A stretch of DNA of 64,000 nt from Candidatus Rifleibacteriota bacterium (lineage in GTDB: Bacteria; Muiribacteriota; Ozemobacteria; Ozemobacterales; Ozemobacteraceae): contig JANJUX010000055.1 of NCBI GenBank assembly GCA_024710355.1, forward strand, positions 34,248 through 98,247, read 5' to 3'. The position numbers were made by a program, and so were the translations under genes. Numbering within the stretch: the stretch's first letter is position 1; each line of letters starts with the position of its first letter. Shown piece by piece: positions 38,038 through 48,269 of the stretch. The notes below the pieces were generated by a model that ran no database searches, had not been told where the DNA came from, and worked only from the letters and a program-made list of their open reading frames with translations.

Positions 38038-38919
38038 TTACTCGCCGGCGGTGATGGCTTTGAACAGCTCTTCAAGGCTGAGGTTCGAAACGCTGTGGCT
38101 CTTGACCCGGTAGCTGGCGAGAATTTTAGCGAGTTCATCGTCAGAGAAGTCTTTGAGCACCAGTTCGAGTTCGGTGCCGTTGGTGCGCGCCGAAAGAATC
38201 GAAGGGTGAGCCGGAACCGCCTCAGCTGCCGCTTCAAGTCTGACGACGACTTTTCTGATGCGGCTTGAAAGCTCGTCGCGACTGCAGTCGACGACCAGGC
38301 GGCCGCCCGAAAGAATGAGAACATGGTCGCAGACGCCGGCGATGTCATGCAGTTCATGTGACGAAAGTACGACGGTTACGCCCTTTTCGACAAGTGATTC
38401 GATCAGGCTGTTGAGAATTTCATCACGGGCGACCACGTCGATGCCGCCGAACGGTTCGTCGAGCAGCAGCACTTCGGGGTCGGCTGCGAGGGCGAACGCC
38501 AGCTGCAGTTTGCGGCGCATGCCTTTGCTGAAGGTCGAAATTTTCTGTTCCGCATCGATTTTGAACTGGGTCAGGCAGGTCGTGTAGATATCGTGGTTCC
38601 AGCGCGGGTAGAGTGAACTGAAGGTGCTTTCGAGCATGCGGGCGTTCATCCAGGTGTAGAGGTGGCAGTCTTCGCTGACGAGCACGCAGCTCTGCCGCAG
38701 TCTGGCCGCATCGACTTCCGGGTCGATGCCGAGTGTCGCCGAACTGCCAGTGGTCGGCTGCTGCTGGCCGTTGAGAATGCTGAGAAGCGTCGACTTGCCG
38801 GCACCGTTGCGGCCGAGCAGGGCCACGACGCGCCCTTTCCCGATATTGGTGTTGAGGCCTGAAAACACGGTTCTGGCACCGAATGATTTGCTGAGATTGC
38901 TGATGGTGATGGTTTCCAT
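38038..38919 (-). CDS. ABC transporter ATP-binding protein (ABC-2 type)
   Basis: Walker A GRNGAGKST, signature LSGGMRRKLQLA-like and Walker B LLLDEP. Confidence 0.85.
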   Translation of the reverse strand: METITISNLSKSFGARTVFSGLNTNIGKGRVVALLGRNGAGKSTLLSILNGQQQPTTGSSATLGIDPEVDAARLRQSCVLVSEDCHLYTWMNARMLESTFSSLYPRWNHDIYTTCLTQFKIDAEQKISTFSKGMRRKLQLAFALAADPEVLLLDEPFGGIDVVARDEILNSLIESLVEKGVTVVLSSHELHDIAGVCDHVLILSGGRLVVDCSRDELSSRIRKVVVRLEAAAEAVPAHPSILSARTNGTELELVLKDFSDDELAKILASYRVKSHSVSNLSLEELFKAITAGE

Positions 38920-38920
38920 A

Positions 38921-39301
38921 TTATTTTACCTCCTGCTGTTCGAGCACCGAATCGAAGATGTTGCGGATCTGAGCCCGGTCAAGCCCCATGCTGCGGGCGA
39001 TGGCGATGATTTCGCCGATGTGTTTCGCCATTTCCTGGCGCGCCTGTTTGAGCAGGTCATCTGACGATTTTGGCGAGACGTAGGCGCCCTGGCCGCGCTT
39101 GAAGTAGATGACCCCCTCGTTGGCCAGGTCCTGATAGGCGCGGGCGATGGTGTTCGGGTTGACCTTGAGTTCGACTGCCAGCTCTCTGATCGAGGGAAGC
39201 CGGCTGTCGGGGCCGAAGACGCCTGCGAGAATTTCGCGGCGCATGCCGTCGGTTATCTGCTGGTAGATCGGGATCGGAGAACTTTCGTTGATGGTAATCA
39301 T
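38921..39301 (-). CDS. GntR-family transcriptional regulator (YtrA-like)
   Basis: PSIRELAVELKVNPNTIARAYQDLANEGVI helix-turn-helix region. The ATG overlaps the upstream permease stop as ATGA. Confidence 0.8.
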   Translation of the reverse strand: MITINESSPIPIYQQITDGMRREILAGVFGPDSRLPSIRELAVELKVNPNTIARAYQDLANEGVIYFKRGQGAYVSPKSSDDLLKQARQEMAKHIGEIIAIARSMGLDRAQIRNIFDSVLEQQEVK

Positions 39302-41334
39302 AAGTCGGCCCCCCATTTCTTGAACACCGCTTCGATGCTCTGGTAGTCCATTTTGCGGGTAACACTGACGGTCGCAGTGTCGAGTTCGTAGATGCCGCCT
39401 TCGCCGGCCGAGGTTTCGCCTTCGATCATGAAACGGTTGCCACTGAGAGCATGGGGGCCGTTGAAAAGAGTGAAGCCGTGCACCTGCGAGTTATTTAGTG
39501 ACTGGGCGTTCAGCTCTGTGAATTCTTTGACGGTGCCGTCTTTGAGGTTGGCGGCGAACAGCTGCCGGCGCACCGGGGTTGCGGTGACGTCGCCGTAGTA
39601 GATGAACGCATGCTCACCGGTGCGTGAAATTCTCATCTTGACGCTGCCAGGGTAGGGGAAGCGCAGAATTTCGCGCGTGCTCATCGTTTCCGGGTCGACT
39701 TCGACGATGCTTTCGGTGCCGGGCGAATACCAGTCGAGTTCGTCTTTGCCGGCAATTTTGGCGACAATGCGATTGGCGGCGCTGATGCCGACGATTTTCG
39801 AGTTCGAGGCGATGCAGTTGAGAGGTTTGATCCGGCCATCAAAGTAGAGAACCTGCAGATCGTTCATCGGGCGGTCGAGCTCTTTGTTCCAGCGACCGTT
39901 GTCGACGACCATGAATTCGGGGCCGGCGCAAAGTATGTCTGATGCCGGTGAGTTGGGCAGCACGGTTTTTTTGCCGTCAGGAACCGATACCAGAAGCGTT
40001 TTGCCCTTTTCGTGATCTGAGGCCCCGGCGATATAGACTTTTACCGGTTTGCTGCGGTCTTCGTCGGGCACCAGCACATATTCTGAGAAGCCGAAATCTT
40101 CGCCGGCGGTAAAGACCACCTTTTCGCCCACGCTTTTTTCGAAGAGGGTGAACTGGGTGATGCTGTTGTTGCCTGATTTGATTTCTTCGGCATAGATAAA
40201 GCGGCGGTCGTCGATGAGTTTGAGGTCTCTGGTGTATTCGTCGATGCCGTCAGTGAGGATTTTGAGAATATTGCCTTCGCTGTCGATTACGGCATATCTC
40301 GGGCCGCGCAGCAGGCCGAATCTTATTTCCGGAATCTGGGCCAGCACCAGACCGCTGTTGTGGCTATCCTTGAAAACGTTGCTGTGGCGGCTGCCCACGC
40401 TTTTTACCAGCCCCAAAGCTGTATCATGCAGAAGAACGCGGCCGCTGTGGCTTGCTTCCTTAAACAGGTAGTCTCCGTCGCCAAAGACGCGCCCTTCGTA
40501 GAAGTAGTCCCTGACTATTCTTGGCTGAATTACATCCCAGAAAGGTGTTTTGCTGTAGACGCGCCAGACAATGGTCTTGCCGTCATTCATCGGCAGCCAT
40601 TCCGCGCTCTCTTTGACGTCGATGCGCCAGAAATGATCGGCGGCAGAGTTGAGCGCTGACCAGCCGACCAGCGAGAGCATGATTCCCGCCAGCAGCATGG
40701 CAATGCCTTTCACGCCACGCCAGGGCGAGCTCATGGTGCGGTCACCAAGAAATGTCAGCAGTGACAGGCCGAGCATGATCGCGGTTGCCAGGCCGGTCGC
40801 CATTACAAAATTCAGGTTGAGCAGTGTTGCTTCGGCCCTGAAAACAGCGTAGAGAACCGGTGCGATGATCAGGGTCGAAATGGTTGAGAAGCCCGAAGGC
40901 AGCATGGTAGTGAAGAAGCCGTAGGCGACGATCGTTACCGGCACACCGATAACCAGACCCGGGTTGCCTGAGATGAGTCGCCAGAGTTCGCCGGCGTCGA
41001 CACCGGCGGCAATGGCCATTACCAGATAGATCGCGTAGAGTGACGTGGTGTAAATGGCGGTGAAGATGAGTTTCGCCGCCCACAGGCGCAGGCGGCTGAC
41101 CGGCAGTGCGGTGAGAAAGCGCCAGGTGCCGTTGTTAACTTCTGAGCTGATCTGGTGGTTGGCTGCCAGGTAGATGAACAGCGGGCCCTGCAGAATGAAG
41201 AGAATTACCAGAGCCACGCCCGAGTCGAGCTGGCCGAAGAACGCGGCGGCGAGCAGCGACAGTGCCGCTACCGCGAGAATGATGACGAAGTACATTCTCT
41301 GTTCCAGGTAGTCTTTCAAGAGTATCGCTTTCAT
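39298..41334 (-). CDS. ABC-2 family permease fused to large C-terminal extracytoplasmic domain
   Basis: About 6 TM helices in the first roughly 280 aa, then about 400 aa of beta-rich soluble domain. aaggag RBS before MKAILLKDY. Confidence 0.65.
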   Translation of the reverse strand: MKAILLKDYLEQRMYFVIILAVAALSLLAAAFFGQLDSGVALVILFILQGPLFIYLAANHQISSEVNNGTWRFLTALPVSRLRLWAAKLIFTAIYTTSLYAIYLVMAIAAGVDAGELWRLISGNPGLVIGVPVTIVAYGFFTTMLPSGFSTISTLIIAPVLYAVFRAEATLLNLNFVMATGLATAIMLGLSLLTFLGDRTMSSPWRGVKGIAMLLAGIMLSLVGWSALNSAADHFWRIDVKESAEWLPMNDGKTIVWRVYSKTPFWDVIQPRIVRDYFYEGRVFGDGDYLFKEASHSGRVLLHDTALGLVKSVGSRHSNVFKDSHNSGLVLAQIPEIRFGLLRGPRYAVIDSEGNILKILTDGIDEYTRDLKLIDDRRFIYAEEIKSGNNSITQFTLFEKSVGEKVVFTAGEDFGFSEYVLVPDEDRSKPVKVYIAGASDHEKGKTLLVSVPDGKKTVLPNSPASDILCAGPEFMVVDNGRWNKELDRPMNDLQVLYFDGRIKPLNCIASNSKIVGISAANRIVAKIAGKDELDWYSPGTESIVEVDPETMSTREILRFPYPGSVKMRISRTGEHAFIYYGDVTATPVRRQLFAANLKDGTVKEFTELNAQSLNNSQVHGFTLFNGPHALSGNRFMIEGETSAGEGGIYELDTATVSVTRKMDYQSIEAVFKKWGADL

Positions 41335-41724
41335 ATTCTGCTCCTTTATGCTATACAGAGGCATGTAGACCGTTTCAGGGCTCACAGGGGGACACTACGA
41401 CCGTGCACTGTCTCGCGTCTCGCTGTTTTGGTGTATTGCTCTACTAATACACTAAACTATTTCCGCAATAACGTCAAGCCCCCGCGTAAAAAAGTTTTTT
41501 GTCGTGTTGACTGCAGTGTTGATGCCAGTTATGTGGCTGGCTGCTTAATATTGATTCCTGCATAATAAAGCCGAATGTTAGACCGGGCCACCGAACCGGG
41601 TAAACCGATTTTGATTTTACAGTCATCAATAAAAGCTTGTGTCTGGTAATGGGTCAGAGTTTACAGGTGTTTTTACGATATAATTGGCGTGATTCAGGCG
41701 CGTGCCGTCGGAAGGAAAGCTGGA

Positions 41725-42933
41725 ATGCCGGAAAAATGGGATGTGGTGGTGGTTGGAGCCGGGGCTTCGGGGCTTATGTGCGCCGCCGTTGCCGGTGCCC
41801 GCGGGCGGCGGGTGCTGGTCGTCGACCATGCCGCGAAACCCTGCCAGAAGCTTCTGATTACCGGTGGCGGCCGCTGCAATTTTACCAACCGCACGGTTGA
41901 TTTCAACAACTTTGTTTCCGGGGTTCCGAGGTTTTGCAAGTCGGCTTTGAGCCGTTTCAAACCCTCTGATTTTATCAAAATGCTCGACGAACAGGGTATT
42001 GCCTGGTGCGAACGCGAGCACGGGCAGCTGTTCTTAAAAGGCAGCGCCCGGGAAATTGCCGACCTGCTTCTCGACAAATGCCGCCTGGCAGGCGTTACCA
42101 TCCGCTCTGCCTGCCGGGTCAATCAGGTCACTTTGGCGGCTGCAGCTTCTACGAGGGAGCAGGCGACTGCCGGTTTTGAGCTCGCCACCAGCGCCGGTGT
42201 GCTTGCGTGCGATTCGCTGGTTGTTGCTTCCGGTGGGCTGTCTGTGCCCGAGACCGGCGCGAGCGCCTTTGGCTTCGATCTGGCGGCGCAGTTCGGCATA
42301 AATGTCGTGGCTCCGGTTCCGGGGCTCGTGCCTCTGACTCTCGCGCCCGAAGATCGCGAAAAATTCGGCCCGCTTTCAGGTATTGCGGTTGCAGTGCAGG
42401 TCAGCTTCGAGAAACACGCGTTCAGAGAAAACCTGCTTTTTACCCACCGCGGCCTGAGTGGCCCTGTCGTTCTGCAGATCTCAAATTACTGGCGGCCCGG
42501 TGCAAAGCTAGAAATAAATTTCTGCCCCGACACAGATCTTTCGGCGCGTTTTATCGACACACGCCAGAACCGGCCCCTGGTCAGGGTTAAAACCGTTTTG
42601 TCCGACCTTTTACCAAAAAGGCTGGCTGAGGCGCTGCTGCCGCCAACCCTCGCCGAATTGCAGTGTGGTCAGCTGAGCAACCGGGTGCTTGAGCAGTTGC
42701 TGCAGATGGTTCAGCGCTACCCGCTCGTGCCCGCCGGCACCGAAGGCTATCGAGTCGCCGAAGTAACGCGGGGCGGCATTGACTGCCACGAGGTCTCTTC
42801 AAAAACTTTTGAATGCAGCAAAATCAAAGGCCTGTATTTCATCGGTGAAGTTCTCGACGTCACCGGCTGGCTCGGCGGCTACAACCTGCAGTGGGCCTGG
42901 TCATCAGGCCATTGCGCCGGTCAGTTCGTCTGA
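41725..42933 (+). CDS. HI0933/BaiN-family NAD(P)/FAD-dependent oxidoreductase
   Basis: WDVVVVGAGASGLMCA Rossmann motif, LITGGGRCNFTN, and C-terminal GEVLDVTGWLGGYNLQWAWSSG. Confidence 0.8.
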   Translation: MPEKWDVVVVGAGASGLMCAAVAGARGRRVLVVDHAAKPCQKLLITGGGRCNFTNRTVDFNNFVSGVPRFCKSALSRFKPSDFIKMLDEQGIAWCEREHGQLFLKGSAREIADLLLDKCRLAGVTIRSACRVNQVTLAAAASTREQATAGFELATSAGVLACDSLVVASGGLSVPETGASAFGFDLAAQFGINVVAPVPGLVPLTLAPEDREKFGPLSGIAVAVQVSFEKHAFRENLLFTHRGLSGPVVLQISNYWRPGAKLEINFCPDTDLSARFIDTRQNRPLVRVKTVLSDLLPKRLAEALLPPTLAELQCGQLSNRVLEQLLQMVQRYPLVPAGTEGYRVAEVTRGGIDCHEVSSKTFECSKIKGLYFIGEVLDVTGWLGGYNLQWAWSSGHCAGQFV

Positions 42934-42963
42934 TCACGCAAAATCTGTGGTGTTTTTGCAGGT

Positions 42964-44136
42964 CTACCTGGCGGTATAAAGGGCGGCGACCGGAATCAGT
43001 GTCACGCCGTCGACTTCTTCGTAGTTTTCGCCCAGATAGAAGACAAAGCCGCGTGCCGGCTGTTCAGAGCTGCGAACGAAATCTCTGACGGCACTGAGAT
43101 CTTTTGCAGAAGGCGCCTTTGCCGCTTTAATCTCTACCGCGTGAACCACGCCGTCAGCGGCAAAAACCAGATCGATCTCTTTTCCTGATGGGGTTTTGTA
43201 ATAAAAAAACTGCTCGGCTTTGATAAAACCCAGCTTTCTTCTTTTTTCCAGTTCTGCAATAACGAAATTCTCGAGCATCTGCCCCTCAGACACTTTTGTA
43301 GCAAAGGCCTGCATGATACCGTTGTCAGCAAAATAAGTTTTGGCGGCCTTGATGTATCTTTTTGCCGGGCCGAATTGCCAGCCGTAAAGCCTGAAGGTCA
43401 GCTCAGACATCTGCAGAGTGTTGAGATACTTCTTTGCTGAAGGCATGCTCAGAGATGCTTCCCGGGCAAAATTGCTCACTTCAAGGTGCGAACCTATGCT
43501 GCGGCAGAGGTTTTGAAAAATCGCATAAAGGCCTTCCCGGTTTTCAAGGTTGGCCATCTGAAGAATATCCCGGGTGAAGTAGGTGTTGCGGTAATTTCTG
43601 AGAATTTCGCTTTTCGCGGCAGAGTCAGCAGCAGTGACGACCTCGGGAAACATGCCGTTGGTCATTGCCGATTCAAGCTGCCTGGCTGCCTCTTTCAGAG
43701 TTTTCAGGTCTGCCCTGTCGTTAAAAACATTGTGTTGCGGTGGGCCGTTTTCTTCGCCCCAGCAGGCAGTCGGAAGCGAATAGAGATTGATTCTTCCGGC
43801 CAGGGTATCTGCGGCACTGTCGAGAAGGCCGATTGAACTTGAACCTGTCATAATTGCAGTTGCGTTAAGATTATCAACCGCAAATTTAACCGCCACTGTC
43901 AGTTTCGGAACCCGCTGTATCTCGTCAATTATAAAATTGTTGCCGAGACTTGCAATCAGGCCTTTGGGGTCGCGTTCGGCCCAGTCGAGATAGTCAAAGT
44001 CGTCGAGAGTGGCGTATTTAAACCCCGGAAACCGGCTTTTCAAAAAAGTTGTTTTGCCACACCGCCTTGGCCCGATTATCAGAGCACTATGGCCTTCTTT
44101 AAGCTCAAGCCAGCGTTTAAACATCATTGCTCCCAT
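42964..44136 (-). CDS. AAA-family ATPase with DUF4143 C-terminal domain
   Basis: P-loop GPRRCGKTT, followed by a DUF4143-like C-terminal half. Confidence 0.7.
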   Translation of the reverse strand: MGAMMFKRWLELKEGHSALIIGPRRCGKTTFLKSRFPGFKYATLDDFDYLDWAERDPKGLIASLGNNFIIDEIQRVPKLTVAVKFAVDNLNATAIMTGSSSIGLLDSAADTLAGRINLYSLPTACWGEENGPPQHNVFNDRADLKTLKEAARQLESAMTNGMFPEVVTAADSAAKSEILRNYRNTYFTRDILQMANLENREGLYAIFQNLCRSIGSHLEVSNFAREASLSMPSAKKYLNTLQMSELTFRLYGWQFGPAKRYIKAAKTYFADNGIMQAFATKVSEGQMLENFVIAELEKRRKLGFIKAEQFFYYKTPSGKEIDLVFAADGVVHAVEIKAAKAPSAKDLSAVRDFVRSSEQPARGFVFYLGENYEEVDGVTLIPVAALYTAR

Positions 44137-44161
44137 TACAAGGATACTTCTAATATAGGCT

Positions 44162-44261
44162 GACTATTTTTAAAGTCAACTTCTAAAATAATCAGACTAT
44201 TTTTAAAGTCGACTTTTAAAATAGTCAGGCAAAAGTTTAAGTCAAAACTAAGTCAAAACTA
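44162..44261. repeat. tandem 29-31-bp direct repeat containing a near-perfect 32-bp palindrome, plus an 11-bp direct repeat (agtcaaaacta x2)
   Basis: gactatttttaaagtcaacttctaaaata / gactatttttaaagtcgacttttaaaatagtc. The second copy is palindromic around gtcgac with 1 mismatch in 16. Confidence 0.7.
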
Positions 44262-44323
44262 ACGCAAAACCCATGGCATGAAAGGCATTGCTGATAAACA
44301 AAAGATCCCGGACTTTCGTGAAT

Positions 44324-45895
44324 CTATTCCGGCGTAGTTCGGGGTTGCGACTCGATGTTGTCGAAACGTGCCGGAACCGGGATGGTTCTGACGATTTCTT
44401 CGACGGTGGTGATGCCCTGGGCGACCTTTTCGATGGCGTAGTCATACATGCTTCTGAAGCCCGGCGGCAATGGCAGAAGCGCTGCGCTGCCGGTTTCGCC
44501 GAGGGTGATGATTTTGCGAAGCTTTGCATCGATGCGCAGCAGTTCGAAAACGCCGGTCAGGCCGCGGTAGCCTGAGCCGCTGCAGAGCTCGCAGCCTTTT
44601 CCGTGCCTGAACGGAATGTCTTTCGGCAGGCCGGGCAGCAGATCGAGGGTTTCGGCGTCGGGCTGATATGATTCGATGCAGCCGATGCAGACGCGACGCA
44701 CCAGGCGCTGTGAAAGAACCCCGATCAGGCCGGCGGCAAGAATATTGCGTTCGACGCCGAGCGACAATATGCGCGCAACGGCTGAAGCCGCATCGCGTGA
44801 ATGCAGGGTGGTGAGAACGAGATGCCCCATCTGGGCGGCCCGAACTGCCATGATTGCAGTTTCTTCGTCGCGCACTTCGCCGATCATGACGATATCAGGA
44901 TTCTGGCGCATGAAGGCTCTGGTGTAGTCGGCAAACGACATTACCGGCGTGATCTGTTTCTGATTGACCCGCGAAATTTCGTATTCGACCGGGTCTTCGA
45001 CCGTAAGAATCTTTTTGCTGTCGTCTTTGATGTGCTCGATAACGGCGTAGAGCGTCGTCGTCTTGCCGCTCGAAGTCGGGCCCGAAACGAGAATCAGGCC
45101 ACCTGGCTCATGCAGCATCGCATGGAAAAGATTGAATTTTTCGTTCGACATGCCCAGCGATTCGAGCTTGATCGTCAGACAGGTTTCGTCGAGCAGTCGC
45201 AGAACGCAGTCTTCGCCATACATGCCCGGCAGCACCGAGACTCTGAAATCGACCCGGCGAGAACGATCATCAGGGGAAGTGTAGCGTGCGACTATGTGCC
45301 CGTCCTGCGGCAGGCGACGGTCGGCGATGTTCAGTTCAGACAGAACCTTGATGTGCTGAATGACCGCCTGAATGTTTTCCGGGCTCAACGGCGACGGTAC
45401 TTTATGGAGAACTCCGTCAATTCTGTATCTGAGACTGACGCTGTTGCTGTAGACTTCGAGATGGATGTCTGAAGCGCGCTTCTGAACTGCGGCGGCGAGA
45501 AGGTCGCTACAGATGTCGGCCGGTTTCTGGTCGCGTTCAAAACTTATTTTCTGGTCATGGTGCAGGGCGATGCGTTCGCGCACCGGGCCGGCATTGATGG
45601 TGGTCTGGGCAATTTCGCTTTCTTTGAAAGCAAATTCAAGAGCCTGATCGAGCTCGTATGAATTCAGCTGCACATGCTTGAATTTAAGGCCGGTAAGATT
45701 CTCGACTTCTTTGATCACCTGACCGTCGGCCGGGTCGAGCATGCCAAGAATCGCGTGGTGCTCGGCGCTTGCCGGTTTCTTGCCGATCAGAACCACCTGG
45801 TGCCGGCGGCAGAAGTCTTCGGGCAGCGTGCGGATAAAATCGCGATGCAGGGTGTAATCGGCCTGGTCAGTAAAATCACGACGGCTGGTCGGCAT
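44324..45895 (-). CDS. GspE/PilB-family type II secretion / type IV pilus assembly ATPase (orphan)
   Basis: T2SSE N-domain, Walker A GPTSSGKTT, Asp/His boxes and a C-terminal tetracysteine CIGC...CELC. Start at MPTSRRDF with a G-rich RBS. Confidence 0.85.
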   Translation of the reverse strand: MPTSRRDFTDQADYTLHRDFIRTLPEDFCRRHQVVLIGKKPASAEHHAILGMLDPADGQVIKEVENLTGLKFKHVQLNSYELDQALEFAFKESEIAQTTINAGPVRERIALHHDQKISFERDQKPADICSDLLAAAVQKRASDIHLEVYSNSVSLRYRIDGVLHKVPSPLSPENIQAVIQHIKVLSELNIADRRLPQDGHIVARYTSPDDRSRRVDFRVSVLPGMYGEDCVLRLLDETCLTIKLESLGMSNEKFNLFHAMLHEPGGLILVSGPTSSGKTTTLYAVIEHIKDDSKKILTVEDPVEYEISRVNQKQITPVMSFADYTRAFMRQNPDIVMIGEVRDEETAIMAVRAAQMGHLVLTTLHSRDAASAVARILSLGVERNILAAGLIGVLSQRLVRRVCIGCIESYQPDAETLDLLPGLPKDIPFRHGKGCELCSGSGYRGLTGVFELLRIDAKLRKIITLGETGSAALLPLPPGFRSMYDYAIEKVAQGITTVEEIVRTIPVPARFDNIESQPRTTPE

Positions 45896-46230
45896 AGGTT
45901 TCCCCCCATTTATCTGTTTACTAAAGCCTAACCCGACTCGACAAATTTCGCAAACTGTAAAAAAACTTTGCAGCAAATTCCGAGAGATTAAAAAATGTGA
46001 ATTTTTAAATTGCGAGGCGAGAAGACGGGATTGCTTTTTCGGAAGCTTGTGAGCGAAGCGAATCGCTGAAGAAAAAGCAACCCGGCTGATAGGCCGAAGC
46101 TGCACCGATGCACAATCAACTCCTTTTATCAAAAAAGATGTAATTAATTGTAGTTTTCTGAAAACTTTGCCTTCAACCGGGGGTGAAATGCTGTTATACT
46201 CGCAAGGGAGCCCACAACAGGAGAGATGGC

Positions 46231-47532
46231 TTGACGAGAGATATTATCGCCCTTGCCGGGCGCGAACTGAAGCAGCATAAACGCCGCACCTTCGCAGTGA
46301 TCAGCGGCTATGCACTCACTGTCGCTTTTTTGATCATTCTGGCGGCAGTTCTGCTTTATTCACGCGTCGTTCAGAATATCACGATCGGCGAGGCCGGCAC
46401 CTATTTCGTCACCTGGCTGCCCGCCTGCGGTGACATCAGCTCGCTCAGCGAAGAAGAACTGGCAAAGCTGGCGCGCGGCATTATTCCCGAGGTCTGCAAA
46501 GAAAAATGCGAGAACTGCACCGGTTGCAACAAAAAGCCGGTCGACATCCTCAACGAGGGTTTCGTCATCAATACCAACGGCACCCGGCTGCTGACGCTCG
46601 ATCTGGTCGAGAAGATACGTGCTCTGCCGCTGATTAAAGACGCTTCGGCCTGCCTGATGTTCCGGTTCCGCGACCCGCAGACGAACACGATTTTCGCGGT
46701 CGGCGGCATCGACGTGCAGAGCCCGGCGGTTTCGACCAACTGCTGCGCCGCTTCCGATCTGATCGATGGAAACTTTCTGACCGGCAGCTCGACCGGCAGA
46801 GTGCTCGTCGATATCGGCTTTGCCGGTAACCACGGCCTTAAATGCGGTTCAAATCTCGTTATTGCCAGCGAAACCTTCGTGGTGAGCGGCATTATCAATT
46901 CTGGTGCCCGGCCGGTCAAGCCCGATGTCATCATGCTGTTTGCCGATGCCGAGAGGGTTATCAACCGCCGTATTCAAAACCCGCTCGAAAACGAGGCTAA
47001 CCTGATTCTTATCGAAAGCCGCGATGCCACCGTGCATGGCCGGGCGCTCGAAGACGTTAAAGCCCTGATGAAGGGCGACAGCCTGCTGACCACCGGCTGC
47101 TATTTTCCGGCGGCGAAAGCAATCGGGCTGAATACCAGACTGATCTGGGCCTTTATGACTCTGGTCGCTGTTGCCGCCATGCTGTTTTCGGCAAGAATTC
47201 AGTGGGCCTCGGTAATCGAACGGCGGCGCAGCTTCGCTATTCTCAAGGCAATTGGCTGGAACAACCGGGTAATCATTCTGCAGCAGCTCGCCGAAACGCT
47301 GGCGCAGTCTGTCGCCGGCAGCCTGGCCGGTCTGGTCGCCGGGCTGGCGGTTCTGCTGCTGGTGCCCGTAAACAACCTGCTCGGCATCGATGCCACGATG
47401 ACCGGGGTGCTCAACCCCGGCCTGTTCGCCGTTGTCGTTGCTTTTGCTGTCACTGCCGGGGTTCTGGCCGGCCTGCTGCCGGTGCTGATGGTGATCAGAC
47501 AGCGGCCGGCCGACGCTTTGCGCCGTGTTTAG
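46231..47532 (+). CDS. FtsX-like ABC transporter permease (LolC/E- or MacB-like), Cys-rich periplasmic domain
   Basis: TM1, then a large periplasmic domain carrying CKEKCENCTGCNKK, then three C-terminal TM helices of the FtsX fold. Putative TTG start after aggaga. The track ORF begins at 46183. Confidence 0.65.
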   Translation: MTRDIIALAGRELKQHKRRTFAVISGYALTVAFLIILAAVLLYSRVVQNITIGEAGTYFVTWLPACGDISSLSEEELAKLARGIIPEVCKEKCENCTGCNKKPVDILNEGFVINTNGTRLLTLDLVEKIRALPLIKDASACLMFRFRDPQTNTIFAVGGIDVQSPAVSTNCCAASDLIDGNFLTGSSTGRVLVDIGFAGNHGLKCGSNLVIASETFVVSGIINSGARPVKPDVIMLFADAERVINRRIQNPLENEANLILIESRDATVHGRALEDVKALMKGDSLLTTGCYFPAAKAIGLNTRLIWAFMTLVAVAAMLFSARIQWASVIERRRSFAILKAIGWNNRVIILQQLAETLAQSVAGSLAGLVAGLAVLLLVPVNNLLGIDATMTGVLNPGLFAVVVAFAVTAGVLAGLLPVLMVIRQRPADALRRV

Positions 47533-47596
47533 TTCTTTGTCGCAGGCGGGTTGAATTTTGTTTGTGCATGATTAAATGATGCTGGAGAGTTCGAAG

Positions 47597-48268
47597 ATGT
47601 CGCTGTTACAGGTCGAAAATGTCGCTAAAAGCTTTTTTCAGCGCGGTAATGAGCTGAAAATTTTCTCCGATGTTTCGTTTACGGTCGAACCGGGCGAACT
47701 GCTGCTGATTTCCGGTCGCAGTGGCACCGGCAAATCGACGCTGCTGAATCTTCTCGGCGGCCTCGAAAGGGTAAGCGCCGGCCGCATCGTTTTTAACGAC
47801 CGGGTAATTACCGATCTGAGCATGTCAGAACTGGCTGAGCTGCGTGCCAACGGCATCGGCATGATTTTTCAGAATTTCAATCTGATCCCGGGCTGGTCGG
47901 CCCTCGAAAATGTCGAGGCCGTTCTTATGCATCGCGGTATCAGTCAGTCTGAAAGACTGCAGCGGGCAACTGCGATTCTCACCGAGCTCGGGCTGGGCGA
48001 CCGCCTGCACAACCTGCCGGCCGAATTGAGCGTCGGGCAGCAGCAGCGCGTTGCCATCGCCCGCACTCTCGTGAATGACCCGGCAATGATCCTTGCCGAT
48101 GAACCCACCGGCGATGTCGACCCCGAAACCGCCGACGAAATTCTGCATCTGCTGCTGCCGCGCATCAAGAGCGGCAGAACCGCAATGATCGTCGCTTCGC
48201 ATGGTCTGTTCAACCCGGCACTGGCCACCAGAACCGCCAGTCTTAAAGACGGAAAGCTGCATCTCTGA
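47597..48268 (+). CDS. ABC transporter ATP-binding protein (LolD/MacB-type)
   Basis: Walker A GRSGTGKSTLL, Q-loop, signature LSVGQQQRVAIAR and Walker B ILADEPTG. Confidence 0.85.
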   Translation: MSLLQVENVAKSFFQRGNELKIFSDVSFTVEPGELLLISGRSGTGKSTLLNLLGGLERVSAGRIVFNDRVITDLSMSELAELRANGIGMIFQNFNLIPGWSALENVEAVLMHRGISQSERLQRATAILTELGLGDRLHNLPAELSVGQQQRVAIARTLVNDPAMILADEPTGDVDPETADEILHLLLPRIKSGRTAMIVASHGLFNPALATRTASLKDGKLHL

Positions 48269-48269
48269 T

